A stretch of DNA of 64,000 bases, taken from the NCBI GenBank assembly GCA_963674965.2, contig CAXXFL010000007.1, forward strand, positions 192,001 to 256,000. Reading direction: 5' to 3'. This stretch comes from a bacterium (lineage in GTDB: Bacteria; RBG-13-61-14; DATKZS01). The position numbers and the translations under genes were made by a program. The notes under the pieces are model-generated. The model searched no databases. It was not told the origin of the DNA and saw only the letters and a list, made by a program, of their open reading frames with translations. This document shows positions 28,120 to 37,964 of the stretch, piece by piece; the first letter of the stretch is position 1; each line of letters begins with the position of its first letter.

Positions 28120-29316
28120 TTGATAGCGCGAGTTATACATATCATCACCAAGCTGGAGTTGGGAGGGGCCCAGCAGAACACTCTATACACGGTGGGAAAC
28201 CTCGACCGCTCCCGCTACGGCGTGGCCCTGTGGTCGGGGGACGGGGGAATATTGAACGGCGACGCCGAGGCCCTCGAGAACGTCGATTTCCGTATCATCT
28301 CTGAAATGGTCCGCGAGATCAGCCCGGCCAACGACCTACGCTGTCTTTTTCGCCTGCGCCGCATGTTGGCGGAGGAGGTCGAGAAATCCGAGGTACCGGT
28401 CATCGTTCACACTCACAGCAGCAAGGCCGGCATTCTGGGCAGGCTCGCGGCCCGGACCGCCGGCGTCCCCATCATTATCCATACTTTTCACGGCTTCGGT
28501 TTCAACGACTTTCAGAGGCGTCCAATAAAATGGGCTTATATCCTGGCGGAGTGGATCACGGGAAAAGCGACTGACCACTTCATCGCCGTAAGCCGGGCCA
28601 ACCTCGAGCGGGCGGCCGGCCTGGGTTTCGGAAAGCGCGAGGATATGAGTCTTATTAGGAGCGGTATCGACCTCGCGGCGTTCACGCGCCCCGAAGACCA
28701 GGATATAAAGGCGAAGAAGGAATCTCTTGGCCTTCCGGCCGACGCCCCGGTGGCCTTGATGGTGGCCTGCTTCAAGCCCCAGAAGAGCCCGGTGGACTTC
28801 GTCAAAGTGGCGTCTTTGGTGAAGAGGGAGTTGCCCGAGGCCCGCTTCATCGTCGCCGGAGACGGGGTCCTTCGTCCGGATATGGAGTCGGCGATCAAGG
28901 AGGAGGGACTCGAGGACGAGCTTAAGCTACTCGGCTGGAGAAGAGACGTGGCCGAGCTGATGTGGGCGAGCGACGTCCTCGTCTTGACCAGCTTGTGGGA
29001 GGGGCTGCCTAGAGTGTTTCCACAGGCCATGGCCGCGGGCCTGCCCATAGTGGCGACCAGCGTCGACGGAGGGCCCGAGGCCGTGGTCGACGGAAGAAAC
29101 GGGTACCTCTTTTCCACGGGAGACCTCGAGGTTATGGCCTCTCGGGTCATCGAGCTTCTGAAGGACAAAGATAAATCATCGGCCCTGGGCGAGGGCGGCA
29201 AAAAAGCGGTGGGCGAGTTCGATATCGACCTTATGGTCCGGAAACAGGAGAGTCTTTACGAAAGCCTCCTGCTGAAAAAGAAGGGCGAAGGGAAGGACCC
29301 TTTGGTTCGGGAATAA
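28120..29316 (+). CDS. Glycosyltransferase family 4 (GT-B)
   Basis: HIITKLELGGAQ, VHTHSSKAGILGR, KPQKSP, LTSLWEGLPRVFPQAMAAGLPIVAT; GGAGG SD then TTG at 28120. Confidence 0.88.
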   Translation: MIARVIHIITKLELGGAQQNTLYTVGNLDRSRYGVALWSGDGGILNGDAEALENVDFRIISEMVREISPANDLRCLFRLRRMLAEEVEKSEVPVIVHTHSSKAGILGRLAARTAGVPIIIHTFHGFGFNDFQRRPIKWAYILAEWITGKATDHFIAVSRANLERAAGLGFGKREDMSLIRSGIDLAAFTRPEDQDIKAKKESLGLPADAPVALMVACFKPQKSPVDFVKVASLVKRELPEARFIVAGDGVLRPDMESAIKEEGLEDELKLLGWRRDVAELMWASDVLVLTSLWEGLPRVFPQAMAAGLPIVATSVDGGPEAVVDGRNGYLFSTGDLEVMASRVIELLKDKDKSSALGEGGKKAVGEFDIDLMVRKQESLYESLLLKKKGEGKDPLVRE

Positions 29317-29323
29317 TGGCCCT

Positions 29324-30406
29324 TTAGTTTTCTCCCTCTTTTTCATCGGTCTTTACCGGACCGGTCTTTTCCGGCCCGGTCTTTTTGGGTTTCGTATCGA
29401 GCATATCCCAGGTGATAGTGGTGTGATACGACATCATGCTCTGTTCGGCCTTCATGGAGGCCGCGGTTACCCGGACGCCATCGAATCCTTCCCTGTACTC
29501 GGGGAACTTCCCGTCCAGAAACGCGGCCAGGTCCTCAGCCTCCTTCTTCAGCTTCTCCTCGTCGTCCAGGGCGTCGGCCATGTAGGATATCTGGACCAGT
29601 AACTTTCCCGCCTCGTAAGCCGAGTCCAGGTTATACACCTGGTAGCTCCCGCCTCCGGAAGTGGACCAAACCTGGAAGTTGCCCGCCTCGTCGCCGGGCA
29701 TGTAATCCACCTTTATCAGTTTCAACTGGTCCGTCAGGGTCTTGACCGTGTATTCATGGGCGTTAAGCGCGACCTCGGAAAGCAAGATGGCCGTTTTATA
29801 GTAAAGGCTCGCGAGATGAAGCTTGTTCTCCTCCCTGTATTTCAAGGCCTTTTGCAGGTAGTACTCGGCCCTTTTGTGCTTGATGGTCATGGGATTGATC
29901 TCGATAGACCGAATGAGCCACTTGTCCCCGTCCTTTTCCATCTGCATAACCACGCGGAGTATTTCCAGGTCCGTCCTGGCCCTGTAATGCGTTACCGCCA
30001 GGTCCTCGTTGGCCGGCATGAGGTAAAGGTCGTTAATATTCGGTTCTCCCAGGTTGCAGGGAATCCAGACCTGGACCTCATCGGCCTGGGCCTTCATATA
30101 ATAGACCTCCTCCACCATGGGGAAATCGATATCGCCAAAGGCGCCCTCGAAGAGCTTGAACACCGTGGTGAACTGGTCCTTGGTCTGCATCTGCTTGAGC
30201 TGCTCCGACCCCAGTTCATAGAGCTTGTTATAATCCTTGGACACGAGCATGCTCATGTAAAGGTCCGAGGTGGACAGAATATCCTGAAGTTTCTCATCCC
30301 CCACGTCGTCGCCGTAAAGGCAGGTCGTCTGGGGCTCCTTGTCCTTGCATCCGGCAAGGGACAAAAGAATAAGGACTATCGTGAAAAACTTGGCGGCATT
30401 ATTCAT
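29324..30406 (-). CDS. Hypothetical lipoprotein
   Basis: MNNAAKFFTIVLILLSLAGC lipobox; GGAGAG upstream of ATG 30406; host-like codon usage. Confidence 0.7.
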   Translation of the reverse strand: MNNAAKFFTIVLILLSLAGCKDKEPQTTCLYGDDVGDEKLQDILSTSDLYMSMLVSKDYNKLYELGSEQLKQMQTKDQFTTVFKLFEGAFGDIDFPMVEEVYYMKAQADEVQVWIPCNLGEPNINDLYLMPANEDLAVTHYRARTDLEILRVVMQMEKDGDKWLIRSIEINPMTIKHKRAEYYLQKALKYREENKLHLASLYYKTAILLSEVALNAHEYTVKTLTDQLKLIKVDYMPGDEAGNFQVWSTSGGGSYQVYNLDSAYEAGKLLVQISYMADALDDEEKLKKEAEDLAAFLDGKFPEYREGFDGVRVTAASMKAEQSMMSYHTTITWDMLDTKPKKTGPEKTGPVKTDEKEGEN

Positions 30407-30595
30407 ACGCGGTACTCTCCCTGCCCTTTCAATGTTTATCGGGCAATCTGGTAAAATGCTTTCCTCATAAAAGGCGAGGACTTTACACAAGTCTAAAAGA
30501 GGCCCTGGCGCGAGTCAAACCGCCACATTATATCTCTTTGCTCCGGGGCCATATAAATGAGATACTTGATTTGGCGACGCGGAAAGGATGGGTAA

Positions 30596-31444
30596 TTGAA
30601 AATCGCGGGAATAATCTGGCGTAAAGGTTCTCAAGACGCCTACGAGCTGGCGGGCAAGGTGGCCTCCCGGCTGAGTCGAAAATCGGTGAAATGCCGCTCC
30701 CTGGCCTCGCAAAAGGAGTTGCCGGAAGCCGAGTCCAAACCCGACCATGAATGGTCCGACGGCCTTTCCCTGGTCGTCGTGCTCGGCGGCGACGGGACCC
30801 TGCTTCGGGCGGCCCAGCTCATCAAGTCCAACGACGTGCCCGTGGCGGGAGTCAACATGGGAGGCCTGGGTTTTCTCACCGAGCTGAGGCCCGAGGAGAT
30901 ATTCCAGGTTATCGACGACGCCCTGGCGGGCAAGGGCGGCGCGGTCGAGCGCATGATGCTCGAGGCCAGGATTCTGAACGGGGAAGAGGAAAACCGGCTA
31001 TTGGCCCTGAACGAGATTTCCATCGTTTACAAGGGCATGCCCACCTTGTCGGACCTGGCCACCGACATCGACGGGGTCAAGGTGACGACCTTCCGAGCCG
31101 ACGGCCTCTTAATCTCTACTCCCACCGGCTCGACCGCTTACTGCATGGCCGCGGGTGGGCCCATCGTGCATCCGGCCATGAAATGCATGACCCTTACCCC
31201 CATCTGTCCTCACAACCTGACCTCGAGGCCCCTGGTGATCCCCGACTCCTCGAGGATTTGCATCAGCCTGGCCGGAAAGGCCGACGAGGTCCACGTGGTG
31301 GCCGACAGCCAGGCCTCGCGCCTCCTGAAAAAGGGACAGACCGTCGAGATCAAGGCCGCGGCCAGGGGCATACGCATCCTCAGCTCTCCTTCCCGAAACT
31401 ACTACGAAATCCTGCGTGAAAAGTTGAGGTGGGGAGAGAGATAA
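30596..31444 (+). CDS. nadK: NAD(+) kinase
   Basis: LGGDGTLL, GVNMGGLGFL, ALNE, DGLLISTPTGSTAY..AAGGP, TPICPH, RPLVIP. Confidence 0.93.
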   Translation: MKIAGIIWRKGSQDAYELAGKVASRLSRKSVKCRSLASQKELPEAESKPDHEWSDGLSLVVVLGGDGTLLRAAQLIKSNDVPVAGVNMGGLGFLTELRPEEIFQVIDDALAGKGGAVERMMLEARILNGEEENRLLALNEISIVYKGMPTLSDLATDIDGVKVTTFRADGLLISTPTGSTAYCMAAGGPIVHPAMKCMTLTPICPHNLTSRPLVIPDSSRICISLAGKADEVHVVADSQASRLLKKGQTVEIKAAARGIRILSSPSRNYYEILREKLRWGER

Positions 31445-33190
31445 ATGCTGGTGGCCCTTCGGATCAAAGACCTGGCGGTAATCGACTCGATCGAGATCGA
31501 GTTCGAGGAGGGGTTTACCGCCCTGACCGGGGAGACGGGGGCGGGCAAGTCCATCCTGGTGGACGCCCTTTCCATCGCCCTGGGCGGCCGCGCCTCCCGA
31601 GACGCGATCCGGACGGGGGCCGAGGCGGCCGAGGTCGAGGCCTTGTTCGACGTCTCGGACTCCCCGGCGGCTCGACGATTTCTCGGCGGTATCGATAATA
31701 ACGAAAATGGTAAGGAGAGCGGGGAACTGGCGATCAAAAGGGTCATCGGTCGCTCGGGCAAGAACAGGGCATGGATTAACGGCTCGATCGAGACCACGTC
31801 CAGACTGGCCGAAATCGGGTCCCTGCTAGTCGATATTTACGGGCAGCACGATTACCATACCCTGCTCTCGCGCGACAAGCACCGTGAGTTGCTCGACTGC
31901 TTCGGAGGTCTTGAAGCGGACCTGGCCGAGTACGCCGAGGCCTACTCGACCCTGGTCGAGGCGGAAAAAGAGAAGGCCGCCCTCGACATGGACGAGGCCG
32001 AAAAAAGGGAGAGGGAAGAACTGCTCCGCTTCCGGATCAGGGAAATCCAAGGCGCCGGACTCGAGCCTGGAGAGGACGAGAAACTGGCGGAGGAAAGACA
32101 AGTCCTCCGTCACGCGGGAGAACTGATACAAGCCTGCCAAAGGGGGATAGATTACCTCTACGAGTCCGACCGGGCGGCCTGTTCCGAGCTCGGCGGGCTG
32201 GCCCGGCTTTTCGAGGACGCGGCGGAAAGCGACGAGTGGTTCAGGGAGCCGGCGGCCCAAATCGAGCAGGCCCGGGCCATCCTCGAGGAAACGGCTCGGG
32301 ACCTGACCCGTCGCCTCGGCCGTATCGAGGACAATCCCGAGAGGCTGGCCTGGGTCGAGGAGAGGATCGTCGAGATCGGCCGCCTGAAAAGAAGATACGG
32401 GAATGACCTCGCCGAGGTTTTCGAGACGCTCGAGAAGTCCAGGTCCGAGCTCGAGTCGATCGAGAGGGCGGAGGACAGGCTGCGGGAGCTGGACGAGACC
32501 ATAGCCGGCCTGGCCGCGAGGACCTCGAGCCTGGCCGGGGAACTCAAGAAGAAAAGGATCGAGGCGGGCAAGCGCCTGGCCAAGATGGTGGTCAAGGAGC
32601 TTTCCGATCTGGGCATGGAGGAGACGAGGTTCGAGGCGCGGGTAACGTCCCTGGGCGAGGGCCGGGGAGGACTTGGTCCCCTCGGAGGAGACGAGGTCGA
32701 GTTCTTTTTATCGCCCAACCCGGGGGAGGACTTAAAGCCCATGTCCCGCGTGGCCTCGGGAGGAGAACTGTCGAGGATCATGCTGGCGCTCAGGGTCATC
32801 CTGGCCGGGCCCGATGAGGCTCATACCCTGGTGTTCGACGAGGTCGACCAGGGGATAGGCGGAGAGGTGGCTCGGTCGGTGGGGCAAAGAATGAAAAAGC
32901 TGTCCGAGGGCCGCCAGGTTTTATGCGTGACTCATCATCATCAAATCGCCTCACTGGCCTCGAGCCACGTCAAGGTGGACAAGCACAAGTCCAGGAACAG
33001 GACCTGGACCGAGGCGAAGAGGCTCGAGGGAGAGGGCAGGATAGAGGAAATCGCCCGCATGATGGGCGGCTCGGACGACTCCGAGGAAGCCATGGCGCAC
33101 GCCAGGAGCCTGGTCGAAAAGGCCTCGCCTCCCGGGCCCGCCGCGAAATCCTCTAGCAAGAGCGGCAAGGGCGGGTCGGCCGGCCGATGA
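31445..33190 (+). CDS. recN: DNA repair protein RecN
   Basis: TGETGAGKS Walker A, IYGQHD, FFLSPNPGE, ASGGELSR, VFDEVDQG, QVLCVTH; follows nadK as is usual. Confidence 0.95.
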   Translation: MLVALRIKDLAVIDSIEIEFEEGFTALTGETGAGKSILVDALSIALGGRASRDAIRTGAEAAEVEALFDVSDSPAARRFLGGIDNNENGKESGELAIKRVIGRSGKNRAWINGSIETTSRLAEIGSLLVDIYGQHDYHTLLSRDKHRELLDCFGGLEADLAEYAEAYSTLVEAEKEKAALDMDEAEKREREELLRFRIREIQGAGLEPGEDEKLAEERQVLRHAGELIQACQRGIDYLYESDRAACSELGGLARLFEDAAESDEWFREPAAQIEQARAILEETARDLTRRLGRIEDNPERLAWVEERIVEIGRLKRRYGNDLAEVFETLEKSRSELESIERAEDRLRELDETIAGLAARTSSLAGELKKKRIEAGKRLAKMVVKELSDLGMEETRFEARVTSLGEGRGGLGPLGGDEVEFFLSPNPGEDLKPMSRVASGGELSRIMLALRVILAGPDEAHTLVFDEVDQGIGGEVARSVGQRMKKLSEGRQVLCVTHHHQIASLASSHVKVDKHKSRNRTWTEAKRLEGEGRIEEIARMMGGSDDSEEAMAHARSLVEKASPPGPAAKSSSKSGKGGSAGR

Positions 33191-33249
33191 CGGACGCGCG
33201 CGGTCTCATATCGCGCAAAATAAAAATTACATGAAAGGCGCCGGATATA

Positions 33250-34662
33250 ATGAATAAGTCCAGGGGATCGAAGGGTAACAAAGGAGGCCGCAAGGCTCTC
33301 GACTTCGTGATGGTCGAGGAGGCGATGGAACTGGCGCGCGATTTATTGTCGCGCAAGAGGGGCATATCGGCCTGGGAGATATACCTGGAACTCGAGCGCA
33401 AACTTTCCATCGAGGTCAAGGACCAGGAGGTGGAGGCCATGACCTCGGCCGACTCGAGGGGACTGGCCGTCAGGGTAATCTCCGAGGGCAGGGTTGGCTT
33501 CAGCTACTCCAACAACTTCTCTCGCGATCATATTGCCCGAACGCTGGAAAGCGCGGCCGACTCGGCCCGATACCTTTCGCGAGACGACGCCTATACTTTC
33601 GCCTCCCCCGAGGGCGCGTATCCGGAGCTCGACTTGACCGATCGCCGTCTTTTCAGTATCCCCGAGTTGGAAAAAATCGGGGCGGCCCTCGAGATCGAGC
33701 GCTCGGCCCTTCGCCACGACCCGCTCGTTACCCGCGCCAGGGGCGCCGAATACGAGGAATATCATGGCCTTACCCGGGTGCTGAACTCCAACGGCGTGGA
33801 CGCCGTTTACGAAAACACCCTCGTTATAGCCTCCCTGGACGCGGTGGCGGAAAAAGACCGGGAGGCGCAGACGGGCTCGGAGTTTGAAACGTCTCATCGC
33901 TATGATATGATTGATTTTTCAAGGGTGGGAGAGACGGCGGCCAGGCGGGCCGTGAGCATGCTGGGAGCGAGGCCCAACGTTTCGGGAAAGCTTCCCGTGG
34001 TGCTTTCTCCTTACGCCGCGGCCGGCTTGATAGCGGCCATGACGCCGGCGGCCCAGGGAGACGCCGTGAGCAAAAACCGCTCGTGGCTGCAAGGAAAACT
34101 TGGAGAGCGGATCGCCTCGGAGCTGGTCAACCTGGTGGACGACGCGCTCAATATCGACGGTCCGGCGGCCGCGCCCTTCGACGACGAGGGAGTCAGATCG
34201 CGTAAAACGAGCGTTATCGAGGCGGGCGTTCTTGCAAGTTATCTTTTTGACACGTATTATGGACATAAAGAGGGGAAGGGATCGACCGGCAACGGCCAAA
34301 GGCCAAGCTATAACCTTCCCCCCTCGATAGACTCGACCAACTGGATGCTTCTTCCCGGCGAAGGTGAGGAAAGCTCGCTTATCGCCGCCGCGGAAAAAGG
34401 ATTGTACGTGCTCGAGTTTTTGGGTCTGCACACGGCGGACCCGGTGACCGGCGAGTTTTCCCTCGGGGCCTCGGGCTTCAGGATCGAAAAAGGGAAACTC
34501 GGCGAGCCGGTGGCGGGAGTGGCCATCGCCTCCAGCATGGGCGAGCTCCTCTCGCGGGTTTCGGGCGTGGCCGAAGAGATTAAATTCTCCGGCGACGCGG
34601 GAGCGCCGGCCATATTAATTGAAGAATTGGATATAAGCAGTTACGACCATGGGAGAGCTTGA
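33250..34662 (+). CDS. TldD/PmbA family protein (PmbA-like)
   Basis: GLAVRV...GFSYS, NSNGV, PFDDEGV, STGNG, DPVTGEFSLGASGF; no HExxxH. Start is uncertain (33250 or 33310). Confidence 0.85.
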   Translation: MNKSRGSKGNKGGRKALDFVMVEEAMELARDLLSRKRGISAWEIYLELERKLSIEVKDQEVEAMTSADSRGLAVRVISEGRVGFSYSNNFSRDHIARTLESAADSARYLSRDDAYTFASPEGAYPELDLTDRRLFSIPELEKIGAALEIERSALRHDPLVTRARGAEYEEYHGLTRVLNSNGVDAVYENTLVIASLDAVAEKDREAQTGSEFETSHRYDMIDFSRVGETAARRAVSMLGARPNVSGKLPVVLSPYAAAGLIAAMTPAAQGDAVSKNRSWLQGKLGERIASELVNLVDDALNIDGPAAAPFDDEGVRSRKTSVIEAGVLASYLFDTYYGHKEGKGSTGNGQRPSYNLPPSIDSTNWMLLPGEGEESSLIAAAEKGLYVLEFLGLHTADPVTGEFSLGASGFRIEKGKLGEPVAGVAIASSMGELLSRVSGVAEEIKFSGDAGAPAILIEELDISSYDHGRA

Positions 34663-34664
34663 TA

Positions 34665-35423
34665 ATGCAATTTAGATCGTATGGCATCACGGACCCGGGC
34701 AAAGTCAGGCCCGCCAACGAGGATTCCTTCTTGATCGACGAGGAAAGAAGGCTCTATATCGTCGCCGACGGGATGGGCGGGCACCAGGGCGGAGGATACG
34801 CCAGCAAGCACGCGGTCGAGGGCATACGCGACGAGTTGATACTGCTCGAGAATTCCCAGGAGAGCACCCAGCCGGTGGGCGACCTGGGAGGCAGGACCCA
34901 GTCGCAGATCAGGCTGCTCCATTCCATGCACAACACCAACGAGTACCTCTTCAAGAAGGCCCAGGAGGACTCGTCCCTCCGCGGCATGGGGACCACGGTG
35001 ATCGCCCTCCAGTTCGACCACAAGTTCGCCAATATCGCCCACGTGGGCGACAGCCGCCTCTACCTGGTCAGGAACGGCGAGATTTTCCAGATCACCAGGG
35101 ACCACTCGTGGGTGCAGGAACAGGTGGACGCCGGTGTCCTCACCGAGGAGGAGGCCATGGTCCATCCCCTCAAGAACATCATCACCAGATCGATGGGACA
35201 CGATCAGAAGCTTCTGGTCGACCTCCTCAAGCAGCAATACAAGAAGGGAGACAAGTTCCTTCTTTGCAGCGACGGACTCACCAACATGGTCGACAACGAC
35301 TCCATCAAGGAGGTCACCCAGTCCGAAACCCCGGACGCGGCCTCCCAAAAGCTCGTGAACATGGCCCTCGACGCCGGCGGGCTGGATAATATTACCGTCC
35401 TGATCGTGGAGGTCGAGGAATAG
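34665..35423 (+). CDS. PP2C-type Ser/Thr protein phosphatase (Stp1/PrpC family)
   Basis: TDPGKVRPANED, VADGMGGH, GMGTT, HVGDSRLY, TRDHS, NIITRS, LCSDGL, GGLDNIT. Confidence 0.93.
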   Translation: MQFRSYGITDPGKVRPANEDSFLIDEERRLYIVADGMGGHQGGGYASKHAVEGIRDELILLENSQESTQPVGDLGGRTQSQIRLLHSMHNTNEYLFKKAQEDSSLRGMGTTVIALQFDHKFANIAHVGDSRLYLVRNGEIFQITRDHSWVQEQVDAGVLTEEEAMVHPLKNIITRSMGHDQKLLVDLLKQQYKKGDKFLLCSDGLTNMVDNDSIKEVTQSETPDAASQKLVNMALDAGGLDNITVLIVEVEE

Positions 35424-35428
35424 GCTGA

Positions 35429-36862
35429 ATGTGTCCCTCCCACAAGATCATCCGGGACGAGTACGAAATCATCGAGGACCTGGGACAAGGGGGAATGGCC
35501 CAGGTATTCAAGGCCCGCCAGGTGTCCCTGGGACGAACCGTCGCCATCAAGGAAATCAAGCCCGCCTTCGCCGCCCATCCCGAGTTGGTCGAGAGGTTCA
35601 GAAGGGAAGCCAGGACCGCCGCCGGCTTGGTCCATGAAAACATCGTGCAGGTTTACAACTTCTGCGAGCCGGGCAAGGGGTCCCTTTTCTTCGTGATGGA
35701 GTACGTGGAGGGCCACGACCTTAGGACCCTCCTGAAAAAATCCGGGACCATACCGCCCCGCGTGGCGGCCATCATCGGAAGGGAAGTGGCCCGGGCCCTG
35801 GCCTACGCCCACGCCCGGGGCCTTGTCCACCGCGACGTCAAGCCCGGCAACGTCATGGTATCGAGCCAGGGCGAGATCAAGCTCATGGACTTCGGCATCG
35901 TGAGGGAGATGGACTCGGACCTGACCAAGACCGGCGCCTTCCTGGGAACGCCCAATTACATGTCTCCCGAGCAGTTCCTGGGCGAGGTCATCACTCCAGC
36001 CTCGGACATATTCTCCCTCGGGGTCGTGCTCTACGAGATCATGTCCGGGACCAAGCCCTTCAAGGCGGAGGGCGAGGATTCCCTTTCCAAGCAGGTCAGG
36101 ACCGCCAAGGAGGTCAAGCTGAGAACGCTAAACCCCAAGGTGCCCTGGAGACTGGCCGGCATCGTTCACAAATGCCTGCAAAAGGCCCCCCATAAAAGGT
36201 ATCCCTCCGCCGAGCACCTGGCGGGAGAACTCGAGCGCTTCCTCAAAACCAGGAACCGGGAGGCCGAAAGAAAAGAGCTGACCCTGTGGGGACCCCTCGA
36301 GGCCGAGTCAACCGACGTTACCGTGGACGTACCCGTGAAAAAGGCCGTTATCGCCAGAAAGCCGGAAAAGGGCGACACGAAAACCGCCGCGCCGCCAGCC
36401 GCCGGAAGGCCCGAAATAGTCCTGCCCGAGGAGGAGTCGGACAAGGAAATCTCCGTGCAGGAGGAAAAGGGCGTACTGGCCGTTAGCGCCGGGAAAAATG
36501 GCGACGCCGAAGCGGCCGACCAGCCCACCACCGAGATACCCATCAGGCCCAGGGCCGCGGCCAGGGCCGGGAAGGCCGAAAAAACCGCCGACCTTGACGG
36601 ACCCAGGCGAAGGTCCATCAAGGCCATCGAGTCCAAAACCGCCGAGGTCGACCAGGTGGAGGAGCCTCGAAAAGGGGACGAACAAGCGCTCGAGGCGGGG
36701 GCCGCCCTGGTCAAGTGGCTGTGGCGGGCCATCCTCTTCGCCATCGCCCTCCTCGCCGCCGTCATTATGTTCATGATTTTCGACCCCGGACCCGACCCCG
36801 ACTCCGGGCTCGAGCCCACGGTGGCCCAGAAAATAATCTACTGGATCAAGGACGTCTTCTAA
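35429..36862 (+). CDS. Hanks-type Ser/Thr protein kinase with C-terminal TM helix
   Basis: LGQGGMA, VAIK, RFRREA, HRDVKPGN, MDFGI, GTPNYMSPEQ, SDIFSLG; charged linker, then TM AILFAIALLAAVIMFMIF. Confidence 0.92.
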   Translation: MCPSHKIIRDEYEIIEDLGQGGMAQVFKARQVSLGRTVAIKEIKPAFAAHPELVERFRREARTAAGLVHENIVQVYNFCEPGKGSLFFVMEYVEGHDLRTLLKKSGTIPPRVAAIIGREVARALAYAHARGLVHRDVKPGNVMVSSQGEIKLMDFGIVREMDSDLTKTGAFLGTPNYMSPEQFLGEVITPASDIFSLGVVLYEIMSGTKPFKAEGEDSLSKQVRTAKEVKLRTLNPKVPWRLAGIVHKCLQKAPHKRYPSAEHLAGELERFLKTRNREAERKELTLWGPLEAESTDVTVDVPVKKAVIARKPEKGDTKTAAPPAAGRPEIVLPEEESDKEISVQEEKGVLAVSAGKNGDAEAADQPTTEIPIRPRAAARAGKAEKTADLDGPRRRSIKAIESKTAEVDQVEEPRKGDEQALEAGAALVKWLWRAILFAIALLAAVIMFMIFDPGPDPDSGLEPTVAQKIIYWIKDVF

Positions 36863-36874
36863 TCCGGGAAAGGC

Positions 36875-37660
36875 TCAAACGGGCCCGCCTTTTTCCCTGG
36901 CCTTCATCTCCCCGAGGATTTCGGTCAGGTCCTCCCTTTGCACCACGCCCTTGGCGAAAAGCAGCTTCAGAAGAGCGCGGAGAACGCGGCTGAAGTTGGC
37001 GTACTCGCCCACCAGCTTTTCCTCCAGTTCGCGGATCACGTCGTCGCAGGCGCAGGCGTCCTCCGGGGCCAAGAACGCACCGGAAGCGGCCGCGGATGAC
37101 GGGGAAGGCGCGGCGGAACTCGAGCCGAACTTGGCGAAGGGCTCGTACACGGCCTTGTCCCGCCCGGCGCAGTCCACGGGCTGGACCGCTCGCTCGAGCC
37201 GATAGTCGCCGTTGCCGTAGTTGTTCTCGTAATAGTCGATAAGGATGTGCCTTATCTCGAGCTCGAGGGCGAGGACCGGCTCGACCTTCATCTTGACGCC
37301 CTGCTCGGCCGCGTCAATGGCGCGAAGGTCGGTGGGATCGGCCATGGCCAGGGTCAGGACCTTGCCGGACCGGGTTTCCTTCACGCTCACGGGCAGGATC
37401 ATGTAGTTCCAGGCCATCTCTTTTTTTATAAGGCGCATGACCGCGCCGGGGATGGTGACCTTGGTAAAGTCCAAAGTGGGAACGCCCAGGTGGAACGACA
37501 GGGTTAGAAGATACTCCCTCCCGTCGAGCATGCATTTATCCACCAGGATGCCGCCTATCCGTCCTCCCAGCGCCTTCTGGTCCTCGAGGGCCTCGTTAAG
37601 CTGAGCCTCGTCGATCAGTCCCGCCTCCATCAATATCTCGCCTATTCGCTTCTCGGCCAT
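36875..37660 (-). CDS. MshEN / GspE N-terminal domain protein (putative c-di-GMP receptor), no ATPase domain
   Basis: RIGEILMEAGLIDEAQLNEALEDQ matches the MshEN motif; a second copy RIGGILVD is degenerate; LTLAMADP; C-terminal LRALLKLLFAKGVV. Confidence 0.75.
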   Translation of the reverse strand: MAEKRIGEILMEAGLIDEAQLNEALEDQKALGGRIGGILVDKCMLDGREYLLTLSFHLGVPTLDFTKVTIPGAVMRLIKKEMAWNYMILPVSVKETRSGKVLTLAMADPTDLRAIDAAEQGVKMKVEPVLALELEIRHILIDYYENNYGNGDYRLERAVQPVDCAGRDKAVYEPFAKFGSSSAAPSPSSAAASGAFLAPEDACACDDVIRELEEKLVGEYANFSRVLRALLKLLFAKGVVQREDLTEILGEMKAREKGGPV

Positions 37661-37964
37661 GAAACCTCTCGTTTCTCCTCGCCGCCGCGAGGTTGATTCA
37701 TTATATTATATAGCCAACTCGTGAGCCTTGCCATATTTTTTATAGGTCCCGGGGCTTTCCAGTATCCATGCAAAAGTACCCCGAAGTTAACGCCCCTGGC
37801 GGAGGGTCTCTTTACATTGTTCGGTTTCCGAGAGTATACTCTGCCAATAAGCTATTGCGTTTTCAAGGGCTTTGGGCGCAGGTTCGCCAAATCGGGAAAA
37901 CGCGCCATGGATCAAGGCCGGGAAAGCCGGTCATGAATCCATAAAGCGCGGATGGGAAGAGATC

